Shown: positions 23,155 through 32,813, counted from the first letter of the stretch. The stretch: 64,000 bases of DNA from Caulobacteraceae bacterium (GCA_036500495.1 DASYBX010000047.1:5888-69887), one strand, 5' to 3'. Translations and numbers: made by a program. Notes: generated from the sequence alone by a model not told the origin.

Positions 23155-24072
23155 CTAAGCCGCCCAGCCGTCGCCGCCGACCAGGGCTTCGGGGTGTTCC
23201 AGGGCCATTTCGTCCCAGTCGAGGTCGGGCGGGGCGCTGGCTGCGGCGGCGATCACCGCCTGCAACTCGGCGGCCGAGGCGACTCCGACGATCACGTGGC
23301 GGGCCTCAGGTCGCGAAAGGGCGAACCACAGGGCCGCCTGCAGGGGGTCGCTGCGGCCCTCGGCAATCAGGCGGCGGACCCGGGACAGAGGCCCGGCCTG
23401 ACCCCTCAGGGCCACCGGCATGCGGTCAGGAGGCAGGAACAACAGGCCTTGCAGGAAGATCGAGCGCAGGTGCACCTCGATGCCCAGGCCGGCGATCTCG
23501 GCCAGGACGCCGGAGACGATCAGACGCTGGTCGAGCAGGGACACGGGCGCCTGCAGCACGTCGGGCTTGAACCGGCGCGCCACCCCCACCGGGTCGTCGG
23601 AGGCGAACACCGACACGCCCACGCGCTCGATGACGCCTTCGTCGCGCAATTGCTTCAACCGATCCCACATGGCCGGGCCCTGGGGCGAGAACAGGTCGCC
23701 GGCGCTCTGCACCATCACCGTGTCGGCCTTGTCGAGGCGCAGGCGCCGCAAGGCCTGGCGCAGCTCGTCCTCGACGTGATCGGGGCCGCGGTCCGGGCGC
23801 ACGGCGCGCACGATCACGCGGAACGGATTGGGGCGTGGCATCAGGTTGCCGATCAGGGTCTCGGCGCGGCCGAACTGCACCTGAGCGTCGAGGATGCCCA
23901 GGCCCGCGCGGGCGGCGATCTGCAGGGCGTCGGCCGCCTCGCGCTCGGGCGGCCGGCCGCGCGGGAGCGATGGCGGCTGGTCGAGGCCGAGCTGCGAGCA
24001 ACCCAGGCCGAGCTTGGGGTGCCCGTGGCGGAAGGCGGTCGGCGGCGGAGGAGGCTTGGCGTGCACGGTCAT
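23155..24072 (-). CDS. aldo/keto reductase-fold protein with apparently degenerate catalytic tetrad
   Basis: AKR-like layout (GLGCSQLG..., LDAQVQFGRAETLIG, RVGVSVF, ...). Positions aligned by eye to the catalytic Tyr/Lys/His read Phe/Val(or Arg)/Gln. Start ATG 24072 (MTVHAK). Confidence 0.7.
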   Translation of the reverse strand: MTVHAKPPPPPTAFRHGHPKLGLGCSQLGLDQPPSLPRGRPPEREAADALQIAARAGLGILDAQVQFGRAETLIGNLMPRPNPFRVIVRAVRPDRGPDHVEDELRQALRRLRLDKADTVMVQSAGDLFSPQGPAMWDRLKQLRDEGVIERVGVSVFASDDPVGVARRFKPDVLQAPVSLLDQRLIVSGVLAEIAGLGIEVHLRSIFLQGLLFLPPDRMPVALRGQAGPLSRVRRLIAEGRSDPLQAALWFALSRPEARHVIVGVASAAELQAVIAAAASAPPDLDWDEMALEHPEALVGGDGWAA

Positions 24073-24098
24073 GGCGTCCTGATGGCCCGGGGGAGCCT

Positions 24099-25328
24099 TC
24101 ACCCGTAATTCTGGGCGGCCCAAGTCTTCTTGGGATTGTCGAGCCGCGGTTGAGGAACGACCTGGCGCAGGGCCCGGGCCAAGCGATCGGCGGCCTGGTC
24201 GAAGGCCGCCAGCAGCACGGCGATTTCACGCTCGCCGTGCGCGTAGGACATATTGACGGCGCCCAGGGTAAACAGGTGATGGGCGCGGCACTCGTTCATC
24301 CACAGGGATCTGACCGCCTGGGGATCGACTCCGGGCAGGCGCAGGAACTCCAGGCGGCTGGCCGCCGGATCGCCGTCCAGGGCCATCACCCCATCCAGGC
24401 CTGCCGCTTGCAGCCGTTGGGACGTCTCGGCCTGGATTTCGGCCCCGCCGATGCGCAGGGTGGCGATCACCGGCTCGATCTCGATCTTGATCAGCACGGC
24501 CCGGGCCGCGGCCAGGCTGGTGATGTCGGCGCGCAGCGGCTCGTGCTGTTGGGCGGCCCACACCAGGTCGCGCCGGCCGGCCAGCGCGCTGAGCGGCATG
24601 CCGTTGGCCAGGCTCTCGCCGAACACCATCAGGTCGGGCTCGACGCCGTAGAGCCGCTGGGCGCCGCCCTCGTGCACCCTGAAGCCCGAGACGGTCTCGT
24701 CGAACACCAGCACCGCCCCGGTCCGGTCGCAGAGCTCGCGCACGCCCTTGAGGTAGCCGGCCGAGGGCGCGTGGCCGGCGCAGGGCGCCAGGACGACGGC
24801 CGCCGGCGCCTCGCCGTGCACGTCGATCAGCCGTTCCAGGGCCTCGAGGTCGTCGAACGGGAAGCGGTCGCCCTTCAACCGCCGGGCCTCGCCCGCGGCC
24901 GCCGTGCGACAGACGAACACCGCGTCGCGCCCCGTGTAGAGCTGCGCCGCGGTCGCCGCCGCGCGCAGGGCTTGGCTGACCTCGCCGCCGAAGGCGCAGG
25001 CCTCGGCGGACGGGGCCATGTCACGGATGCGCTCGGATACCTGTGCCTGATAGCGCTCTATCCCGCGCCGGTTCTCGCCGGAGCGCGCGAGACGCACCGC
25101 GGCGACCACCTGGGCGTCGCGGTGGCCGAGCAGGACCGCGCCGCCGGCATTGTCGAAATCCACATATTCGGCCCCGTCCGCGCTCCACACGCGCGAGCCG
25201 ATGGCCTGGACCAGCTGCGGCGGGCTATGCTCCACCACGTCCATGCCCAAGGCGCCCAGGGCATGGGCCGTCAACGCCGCGGGCGCGGGGTCGGGGTAAG
25301 CTCTGGCTTTGGACTGGAGAGGAGGCAT
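24099..25328 (-). CDS. class-III aminotransferase fold protein (HemL/GSA-aminomutase-like) lacking the PLP lysine
   Basis: VLVFDETVSGFRVHEGGAQRLYGVEPDLMVFGESLANGMPLSALAGRRD aligns with HemL [48 protein letters not shown]. The Schiff-base Lys position is Glu (codon 24615-24617). Confidence 0.8.
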   Translation of the reverse strand: MPPLQSKARAYPDPAPAALTAHALGALGMDVVEHSPPQLVQAIGSRVWSADGAEYVDFDNAGGAVLLGHRDAQVVAAVRLARSGENRRGIERYQAQVSERIRDMAPSAEACAFGGEVSQALRAAATAAQLYTGRDAVFVCRTAAAGEARRLKGDRFPFDDLEALERLIDVHGEAPAAVVLAPCAGHAPSAGYLKGVRELCDRTGAVLVFDETVSGFRVHEGGAQRLYGVEPDLMVFGESLANGMPLSALAGRRDLVWAAQQHEPLRADITSLAAARAVLIKIEIEPVIATLRIGGAEIQAETSQRLQAAGLDGVMALDGDPAASRLEFLRLPGVDPQAVRSLWMNECRAHHLFTLGAVNMSYAHGEREIAVLLAAFDQAADRLARALRQVVPQPRLDNPKKTWAAQNYG

Positions 25329-25509
25329 CGCGCCGTCCTTCAGCTTCCGAAGGCTCCGAGCCTGCCCGAAAAGGCTTAACGAACCGGTATCACTAACGGG
25401 GGTTAGTCATAATAACGCAACCAAGGGATGTAGGCCGCCCAGCTCTCGAGCAGCGAAGCGGTCGGGCGCCCAAGACAGCCCCCGATCAGCGAAGCGATAG
25501 GGCGAACCC

Positions 25510-26388
25510 ATGAACGCTTTTCCCGCCTACTTCCCGCTCGCCGGCAAGCGCGTGCTAATCGTCGGCGAGGGCGACGGGGCCGAAGCCAAGGCGCGGCTGT
25601 TCGCCAGTTCGCCCGCGACGGTCGAACGCCTGTCCTCGGCCGCCGGGGCCGACGCCCGGGCCTACGTCGGCGCGGTCCTGGCCTTTGTCGCCACCGCGGA
25701 CGATGCCGCCGCCGAGGCCGCCTCCCGCGCCGCCCGAGCCGCCGGCGTGCCGGTGAACGTGGTCGATCGGCCAGGTCTGTCCGACTTCGTCACCCCCGCG
25801 GTGATCGATCGCGGCGAGGTGGTGGCCGCCATCGGCACCGGCGGGACGGCGCCGATCCTGGCCTCCCTCCTGCGCGGAGACATCGAGGCGCGCGTGCCCG
25901 AAGGCGCGGGCCGGGTGGCCGCCCTGCTCGGCCGCATGCAGCCGGCAGTGCGCGCCGCCTTCCCCGACCTGGCCCAGCGGCGGGCATTCCTGCGCTCGGT
26001 GCTGGACGGTCCCGCCGCCGAGGCGGCCCTAGCCGGCGACGTCGACCGCGCCGAAGCCCTGCTCCGCGAAGCCATCGCCAAGGGCTTGGCCTCGGCCGGC
26101 TCCGTCCGGCTGATCGACGGCGCCGGCCCGGCGGACCTGCTCACGCTGCGCGCCGCCCGCGCCCTGGCCGAGGCCGATCTGCTGGTGATCGACCCGCAGG
26201 CCGACCCGGGGATCGTGACCCTGGCCCGGCGCGATGCCCGCCGCGTGGCGGCTCAGGACGTCGAAGAGACGGCGCTCCAGGCGATCATCGCCGAAGGTCA
26301 GCGGGTGGTGTGGATCACGGCGCGAGGCGGCGCAGAGGCGGTGCAGCTTCGGCTGGGCGCCGAGGAGATCGCTACGACCGCCCTCTGA
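25510..26388 (+). CDS. siroheme synthase-like protein: precorrin-2 dehydrogenase/ferrochelatase module plus a truncated methylase remnant
   Basis: N-terminal YFPLAGKRVLIVGEGDGAEAKARL, NVVDRPGLSDFVTPAVIDRG, GTGGTAPILASLLR (CysG N-domain). The C-terminus keeps only about 95 aa of the SUMT fold (VRLIDGAGPADLLTLRAARALAEADLLVID). Confidence 0.75.
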   Translation: MNAFPAYFPLAGKRVLIVGEGDGAEAKARLFASSPATVERLSSAAGADARAYVGAVLAFVATADDAAAEAASRAARAAGVPVNVVDRPGLSDFVTPAVIDRGEVVAAIGTGGTAPILASLLRGDIEARVPEGAGRVAALLGRMQPAVRAAFPDLAQRRAFLRSVLDGPAAEAALAGDVDRAEALLREAIAKGLASAGSVRLIDGAGPADLLTLRAARALAEADLLVIDPQADPGIVTLARRDARRVAAQDVEETALQAIIAEGQRVVWITARGGAEAVQLRLGAEEIATTAL

Positions 26389-26399
26389 ACCGGCGCCCG

Positions 26400-26549
26400 C
26401 TATAGCGCTCGGCGGCCGGTGATCAGTTGGATGACGATCACGACGACGGCAATCACCAGCAGCAGGTGGATCAGGCCGCCGCCGATATGGAAGGCAAAAA
26501 AGCCGAGAAGCCACAGCACCAAGAGGATGACGGCGAGGGTGTAGAGCAA
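26400..26549 (-). CDS. lmo0937/DUF5670-type small membrane protein (49 aa, not in ORF track)
   Basis: Own translation: (TTG)LYTLAVILLVLWLLGFFAFHIGGGLIHLLLVIAVVVIVIQLITGRRAL*. GGAGA SD 6-7 nt upstream. Confidence 0.6.
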   Translation of the reverse strand: MLYTLAVILLVLWLLGFFAFHIGGGLIHLLLVIAVVVIVIQLITGRRAL

Positions 26550-26643
26550 AGGCTTGTCTCCATCGGGCCCGACCAGATGGTAATCCGCTTCCGGTGGAGG
26601 TGTTCCCTCGCGGCGCCAGGGCGAAGGAAATGGCTGGGTTCGG

Positions 26644-27417
26644 TTATGCCGGCTTGCCGCCCCGCGCCACGAACCAGCCGTTGCGGAAGCCCTGGTCGGC
26701 CTTGCCGTAGAGGAAGGGCGCGCCGTCGGGCTGGACGACGGTCCCGCCGGCGGCGGCCAGGACGGCGTGGGCCGCGGCGATGTCCCACTCCATGGTCGGG
26801 CCGTGGCGCGGATAGATGTCGGCGGTTCCGTCGGCGATCATGCAGAGCTTGATCGAGGAATCCATCGCCAGGGTATGGCTGGAGCCATACTGCAGCTTCA
26901 GCGCCTCGGCCTCGGCCGGCCCCATGGTGTGGCTGATCAAGCAGACCGGCTCGGCCGGCCAAGGGCGCACCGTCACCGGCTCGCCGTTGTCTTCGCCGAA
27001 TGGCCGCCGGCGGCAACCCTCGCCCGTCGTGAACCAGGTGCGCGCCTGGGCCGGGGCGGCCACCGCGCCGGCCACCGGAACGCCGTCCTCGATCAGGCCG
27101 ATGTTGACGGTGAAGTGAGTGTCGCCGCGCACGAAGGCCTTGGTGCCATCCACCGGGTCGACCAGGAAGAAGCGGGGGCCGATCGCCTCAGGCACGCCGT
27201 AGAGGGCCGAGCTCTCCTCGGCGATCACCGGGATGTCGGGGAACAACCCCTTCAGGCGCGCCACGATCAGCTTCTCGCCGGCGTGGTCGGCCTCGGTGAC
27301 GGGAGAAGAGTCGGCCTTGCGCTCCAGGACGAACTCGCCGCGCCAGAACGGCATGATCACCGCCGAGGCTTCCTCGACGATACGCGCCAGCACCGCCCCG
27401 ATGTCTGCGTTCCCCAT
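26644..27417 (-). CDS. cysQ: 3'(2'),5'-bisphosphate nucleotidase (inositol monophosphatase family)
   Basis: SPVTEADHAGEK, FFLVDPVDGTKAF, WDIAAAHAVL motifs. Confidence 0.85.
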   Translation of the reverse strand: MGNADIGAVLARIVEEASAVIMPFWRGEFVLERKADSSPVTEADHAGEKLIVARLKGLFPDIPVIAEESSALYGVPEAIGPRFFLVDPVDGTKAFVRGDTHFTVNIGLIEDGVPVAGAVAAPAQARTWFTTGEGCRRRPFGEDNGEPVTVRPWPAEPVCLISHTMGPAEAEALKLQYGSSHTLAMDSSIKLCMIADGTADIYPRHGPTMEWDIAAAHAVLAAAGGTVVQPDGAPFLYGKADQGFRNGWFVARGGKPA

Positions 27418-27452
27418 GCCTTGTTCCCCAGAATGCCTAATCGCGCTGTCTT

Positions 27453-27638
27453 CTAGTCGCGCGGATCGCCGGACACGAACACCAGCCGCACCCGCGAGGT
27501 GTCGATCAACTGCTTGCCGGCGTGCTCGAAATTGACCGTCACCCGATGGCCGACCACCGTCTGCACCTGGCCCAGGCCCCAGTCATCCTGCTCTGGATGG
27601 CGCACCAGGGCGCCCGGTTCGATGAAGGGATCCAGCAC
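27453..27638 (-). CDS. DUF3553 family small protein
   Basis: EPGALVRHPEQDDWGLGQVQTVVGHRVTVNFEHAGKQLI core. Start placed at GTG 27638 because the upstream part of the track ORF runs through the tandem repeat. Confidence 0.6.
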   Translation of the reverse strand: MLDPFIEPGALVRHPEQDDWGLGQVQTVVGHRVTVNFEHAGKQLIDTSRVRLVFVSGDPRD

Positions 27639-27644
27639 AGGCGT

Positions 27645-27745
27645 CTCAAGCAGCGAAGCGGTAGACGGACAGGAACGGTCTCGAGCAGCGAAGCGGTAGA
27701 CCGACAGAATGATCTCGAGCAGCGAGCGGTAGGGTCGCATAAACC
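27645..27745. repeat. three tandem copies (35/34-bp period) of the dispersed repeat unit
   Basis: Units start at 27645 (ctcaagcagcgaagcggtagacggac...), 27680 (ctcgagcagcgaagcggtagaccgac...) and 27714 (ctcgagcagcgagcggtagggtcgc...). Confidence 0.9.
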
Positions 27746-27813
27746 CGCGCCGGGCTAAGTGGCACGCCCCCGCCGTTTCCCAAAGCGGCAAATTCCGCCA
27801 AGCTCCGGACACC

Positions 27814-28485
27814 ATGTCTCCTGATTCGATCGCCACCACCCCCGCCCGGGCCGTCACCCAGGCCGAGCTCGCCGCCCACCTCGCGGGGCGCCTGTGCCAT
27901 GACCTGATCAGCCCGGTGTCGGCGATCGTGTCGGGCCTCGACCTGCTGGAGGACCCCTCGGCCCAGGACATGCGCGACGACGCCATGAACCTGATCGCCC
28001 AGAGCGCGCGCAAGCTGGCCCAGGCCCTGAGCTTCGCGCGGGTGGCCTACGGCTCGTCGGCCTCCGCCGAGACGTTCGACCCGCGCGACCTGGAGACCCT
28101 GACCCGCGGGATATTCAGCCACGTGCGCTCCGACCTCGACTGGGCTGTGCAGACCGACCGGTTGGAGAAGCCCGCGGCCCGCGCCCTGCTCAACCTGGCC
28201 CAGATCGGCGCCACGGCCTTGCCGACCGGCGGGAAGGCGCGGGTGACGGTGGAGACCGAAGGCGACGAGATCGTGGTCAAGCTCCAGGCCCGCGGCCCTC
28301 GCGCGCGCCTGCGCGCCGAAGCCCTGGCCGGCCTGCGCGGCGAGCCGATGACCGAAGGCCTCCCCGGCCAGTGGGTGCAGACCTACTACCTCCAGGCCCT
28401 GGTGGCCGACGCCGGCGGCCGCCTCGAGTCGTCGATCGTCGAGGAACTTGTCGAGATCAGCGCGCGGCTGCCCAACCAGCCCTAG
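27814..28485 (+). CDS. chpT: histidine phosphotransferase ChpT
   Basis: LAGRLCHDLISPVSAIVSGLDLLED H-box and a degenerate HATPase-like C-terminus, as in Caulobacter/Brucella ChpT. Confidence 0.85.
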   Translation: MSPDSIATTPARAVTQAELAAHLAGRLCHDLISPVSAIVSGLDLLEDPSAQDMRDDAMNLIAQSARKLAQALSFARVAYGSSASAETFDPRDLETLTRGIFSHVRSDLDWAVQTDRLEKPAARALLNLAQIGATALPTGGKARVTVETEGDEIVVKLQARGPRARLRAEALAGLRGEPMTEGLPGQWVQTYYLQALVADAGGRLESSIVEELVEISARLPNQP

Positions 28486-28532
28486 GGCTTTGGCCCCGCT
28501 GCCGGCCTGACGGCTTGCTCCAGCGCGGCATT

Positions 28533-28577
28533 TTAACCGGAACAGCAAGCTTAACCGGTCTGCACCTGTCCTTAACC
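28533..28577 (+). promoter_or_regulatory. three direct TTAACC motifs (CtrA half-site-like) upstream of the cheY-like gene
   Basis: TTAACCGG (28533), TTAACCGG (28551), TTAACCAG (28572). Start-to-start spacing is 18 and 21 bp. Confidence 0.35.
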
Positions 28578-28614
28578 AGAGGCGCTGCACAACAGCCTCG
28601 AAAGAGGTGGTGGC

Positions 28615-28976
<362 letters not shown>

Positions 28977-28980
<4 letters not shown>

Positions 28981-29801
28981 CGCCCGGCGAGATTTCGGTC
29001 CTGGCGGATCTGACGCGGCGCCGGTCCGGCGTGGTGATCGATTCCGACAAGAGCTACATCATCGAGAGCCGCCTGGCGCCGATCGCGCGCAAGCAGGGCT
29101 TCATCACCTTGAGCGAACTGGTCTCCGACCTGCAGCAGCGCAAGGACGAAACCCTGATCTGGGCCACGGTGGAAGCGCTCGCCTCGACCGAGACCCAGTT
29201 CTTCCGCGACCGCAGCCCCTTCCAGCAGATCGCCACCGGCGTGCTGCCGGCCCTGGCGCGCAAAGGCCGGCAGACGGTGAACGCCTGGTGCGCCGGCTGC
29301 TCCACGGGTCAGGAGCCCTACTCCCTGGCCATCCTGGCCGAGGAGGAGCGCGGCAAGCACGGGCCGATGAGCCTGGACATCCTCGCCACCGACATCTCCG
29401 AGCGCAGCCTGGAGAAGGCCGCCGCCGGAATCTACACCCAGTTCGAGGTGCAGCGCGGCCTGCCGTCGCGCCTGCTGGTCAAGTACTTCGACAAGGTCGA
29501 CGAGAACTGGGTGCTCCAGGGCCGTATCCGCCAGGCGGTGCGCACCCAGCGCCAGAACCTGCTCACCGACGTCAAGGGATCGGGCCCGTTCGACCTGATC
29601 CTTTGCCGCAACGTGGTCTCGGCCTTCGATCCGGCGGTCGCCCGGCAGGTGCTGGAGCAGATTTCGGGCGCCCTCGCGCCCGACGGCTATCTGGTGATGG
29701 GCGCCTACGAGACCTCGGCCCACCATTCCCCGTGCTTCCGCGCGGTGCCGGGCCTGCGTGGCCTCTACACCCGCGACCCGAACCACCGGGCGGCGGCTTA
29801 G
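28977..29801 (+). CDS. cheR: CheR-type protein-glutamate O-methyltransferase
   Basis: TQFFRDRSPFQ, WCAGCSTGQEPYSLAI, ILATDIS, ILCRNV motifs. ATGA overlap with the receiver gene. Confidence 0.9.
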
Positions 29802-29826
29802 ATTCCCGTCGCGAAGCGGGCCGCCG

Positions 29827-30510
29827 TCACGCCTCGGCCCACTCCCTCAGGAGGTTGTGGTAGCAGCCGACCAGGTCGCGGCGGGCCGCAGGGTCGGCCG
29901 AGGTCTGGTTGAGCGTCTGGATCGCCTGGTCCATCTCGAACAGGATCTTGCGCCGGCTGTCTTCGCGCACCAGGCTCTGCACCCAGAAGAACGAGGCTAG
30001 GCGCTCGCCGCCGGTGATGGGCGTCACCTGGTGTAGGCTGGTGGCCGGATAGAGGATCAGGTCGCCGGCGTTCAGCTTCACCGCCTGGACGCCATAGGCG
30101 TCAGCGATCTCCAGTTCCCCGCCCTCGTAGTCCTCAGGGTCCGACAGGAACAGGGTGGCCGAGAGATCGGTGCGCAGCTTCTGGCCCGTCCGCGGATCGA
30201 GCCGCACGCCGCCGTCCACATGAGCGCCAAAGGTCATGCCCTCGCCGTAGCGGTTGAACATCGGCGGATAGACCCGGTTGGGCAGGGCCGCGGAGATGAA
30301 CAGCGGGTGGGCCTCCAGCGCCCGGAGCACCACTGCCTGGGCGTGGGCGGCGGTTTCGGAACCCTCGTCGATCTGCTGGTTGCGCTTGAGCGGCGCGCCC
30401 TGCCAGCCAGCCGTGGCGCGCCCGTCGATCCAGGCGTCGGAGGCTTCGAGCCGGTGGCGCAGGCCCGCCACGGCCTCGGCGTCCAGCACCCCGGGTATGG
30501 CCAGCATCAT
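29827..30510 (-). CDS. piuC: Fe(II)/2-oxoglutarate-dependent oxygenase PiuC/YbiX family
   Basis: FGAHVDG...H-x-D and YPATSLHQVTPIT (second His) motifs. 227 aa. Confidence 0.9.
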   Translation of the reverse strand: MMLAIPGVLDAEAVAGLRHRLEASDAWIDGRATAGWQGAPLKRNQQIDEGSETAAHAQAVVLRALEAHPLFISAALPNRVYPPMFNRYGEGMTFGAHVDGGVRLDPRTGQKLRTDLSATLFLSDPEDYEGGELEIADAYGVQAVKLNAGDLILYPATSLHQVTPITGGERLASFFWVQSLVREDSRRKILFEMDQAIQTLNQTSADPAARRDLVGCYHNLLREWAEA

Positions 30511-30517
30511 GGGCGGC

Positions 30518-32749
30518 CTACTGCTTCCAGACCAGCGAGATCATCGCCGTGCGCCCGGCGCCCGGCACGGCGCGGCCGCCGTCGGACTGGATCAAGCTGT
30601 CGTAGTAGCGCGCGTCGAACAGGTTGAACACGTTCAGGCGCACCTCGTAGTGCGGCTGCCGCCAAGCCACCGTGGCGTCCCAGCGGGTGTAGCCGGGCAC
30701 GGAGACGGTGTCGGTGTTGTTGAGGTAGCGCTGGCCGAGGTAGATCGCCCCGCCTCCGGCCTCGATGCCGTGGCCAACATCGTAGGTGGCCCACAGGGTG
30801 GCGGAATCTTTGGCGGTGTTGGCCGGAACCATGCCCTGGGTGCCCGCGGCGATGGCGTCGATGATCTTGGCGTCCAGGTGGCTGTAGCCGCCGAACACGG
30901 ACAGGCGTCGGGTGATCTTGCCCGAAGCGCCCAGGCGGAAGCCCTGCACGCGGATCGTGCCGTTGGCGGTGTAGGTGTTGTCGGCGTTCTGCGAACGGCT
31001 GTTGTCCTGGGTGATCTGGAAGGCCGCCGCCGTCAGGTCGAGCTGGTCGTTCAGCAGGTCCCACTTGCCGCCGACCTCATAGGCGGTGTTGGTCTCCGGC
31101 GGCAGGGGTTGGCTGATCCCCGTGGTCGAGGTCAGCTGTTCAAGCGACGGATTGAACGAGGTCGAGTAGGACGCGTAGTACGACTGCGCCTTCGTCGGCT
31201 GCCAGATCGCCCCGGCGCGCACGCTGGTGAAGCCCACGGTCTGGCTGATCTTGGCGAACGAGGTGTTGCCGAGGGTGTTGGCCGAATTGACCGAATTGGT
31301 CACCGTCGCCGAATAGCGGTCATAGCGCACCCCGCCCACCAGCTTCAGCTGCGGGATCAGGGTCAGGGTGTCGTTGACATAGTCCGCCGCCGTGTCGGCC
31401 TTGCCGCCGGCGAGGTTGCCCGCGACCTCGGTGGTGACAGGCGAAGTCGGATAGCCCGGGCTGAGCAGGGTGGTGCAGCTGGTGTAGCCGCTCTTGAGCG
31501 CCACGCCATTGCACGAGCCGGTGCGCGACAGCCCCTGGTTGGCATAGTCGTCGTGGCCGAACTCGGTCCCCGCCAGCCATTGGTTGTTCAGGCCGATGAC
31601 AGTGAACTCCCCCGAAGCTTCGGCCTGGTTGAACAGGGAGCGGTCGTGGATCACCCGGTCGTGGCTTTGCAGCTGCACGAACAGGGCCGATAGCGGCAGG
31701 GACGAGACGCCCGCCGGCGACAGCGCCGTGTAGCCCTTGGCGCTCACCAGACCGATGCCTTGCGGCGCGGTCTCGATGGCGTCGGTGTCGACGCCGTTGA
31801 ACTGCACCTGGTCGCGCAGGGTGATCCCGCCCGAGAACCGGTGTTTCACCTCGCCCGAAAGCGCCTTGACGTCCTGGACCGTGCGATCGCTGGAATAGCC
31901 GTAGACCGTATCGTAGCCGACCTTGGCGGGCTGGCCGTTCAGCGGCGGCTGGCCATAGTCGGGCCGGTCGTTGTTGTGCTGGATCAGGCCCAAGACATTC
32001 ACCTGGGTGTCCGCGCCGATGCCCCAGCTGTAGGTGGGGGCGACGCCGTAGTCCTCCACCGTGGTCTTCCGCCGGGTCGAGGCCGCGCCCTCCTGGCCCA
32101 TCACCGAGATGCGGAAGGCCGACTTGTCCGACAGGGGCGCGTCCAGGTCGGCCACGCCGCGGGCCAGGCCGTTGGTGGTGTCCGACAGGGCGACGGAGGT
32201 CGAGGGCATGAGTCCCGCCTTCTTCGACACCTGGTTGATCGCTCCGCCCGTCGAGCCGCGGCCGAACAGCATGGACGAGGGGCCCATCAGCACCTCCACC
32301 GAGTCCAGGGCGAAGGTGTCGCGGTAGTACTGACCCCGGTCGCGGAACCCGTCCATGTAGATGTCGGTGCGGGCGGTGAAGCCGTTCAGATTGATGTTGT
32401 TGCCGATCTGACCGCCTTCGGCGCCGCCGATGGTGATGCCCGGCACGTTCTTCAGCGCCTCCGACAGCGAACTGACGCCCTGGGCCTGCAGCAGGTTGTG
32501 GTTCAGGACCGTGACCGACTGGGGCGTGTCCTTGAGGGCGGCGGGCAGCTTGGTCAGGCTGTTGTCGCCCTGGTAGCCGCTCGCCGAGGCGGTGACGATC
32601 ACCCCGTCCACGGCCGCCGGCGCATCGGCCGCCGCGGCGTCGGCGGCGAAGGCGGCCGCCGGCGCCAGGACCAGGCCGGCGGCAATCACCGCCGAAGCGT
32701 GGCGACGGGCGACAACCCCGGGGTGGCGGGCGACGAAGACCTGATTCAT
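30518..32749 (-). CDS. TonB-dependent siderophore-type outer membrane receptor
   Basis: Signal peptide, plug (DTPQSVTVL, NVPGITIGG), 22-strand barrel region, terminal ...ISLVWKQ. Confidence 0.95.
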   Translation of the reverse strand: MNQVFVARHPGVVARRHASAVIAAGLVLAPAAAFAADAAAADAPAAVDGVIVTASASGYQGDNSLTKLPAALKDTPQSVTVLNHNLLQAQGVSSLSEALKNVPGITIGGAEGGQIGNNINLNGFTARTDIYMDGFRDRGQYYRDTFALDSVEVLMGPSSMLFGRGSTGGAINQVSKKAGLMPSTSVALSDTTNGLARGVADLDAPLSDKSAFRISVMGQEGAASTRRKTTVEDYGVAPTYSWGIGADTQVNVLGLIQHNNDRPDYGQPPLNGQPAKVGYDTVYGYSSDRTVQDVKALSGEVKHRFSGGITLRDQVQFNGVDTDAIETAPQGIGLVSAKGYTALSPAGVSSLPLSALFVQLQSHDRVIHDRSLFNQAEASGEFTVIGLNNQWLAGTEFGHDDYANQGLSRTGSCNGVALKSGYTSCTTLLSPGYPTSPVTTEVAGNLAGGKADTAADYVNDTLTLIPQLKLVGGVRYDRYSATVTNSVNSANTLGNTSFAKISQTVGFTSVRAGAIWQPTKAQSYYASYSTSFNPSLEQLTSTTGISQPLPPETNTAYEVGGKWDLLNDQLDLTAAAFQITQDNSRSQNADNTYTANGTIRVQGFRLGASGKITRRLSVFGGYSHLDAKIIDAIAAGTQGMVPANTAKDSATLWATYDVGHGIEAGGGAIYLGQRYLNNTDTVSVPGYTRWDATVAWRQPHYEVRLNVFNLFDARYYDSLIQSDGGRAVPGAGRTAMISLVWKQ

Positions 32750-32813
32750 GGAACGCGCTTCTTTTGTTGCGAATGCGATTGCGAGTCGTTCTTAGATTTT
32801 CGCCTCGCGCATG

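Noticed and set aside
27645-27745. Possible CRISPR array (tandem ~35-bp repeats)
   Set aside because: Only three directly abutting units with no unique spacers between them, no cas genes, and the unit belongs to a dispersed repeat family.
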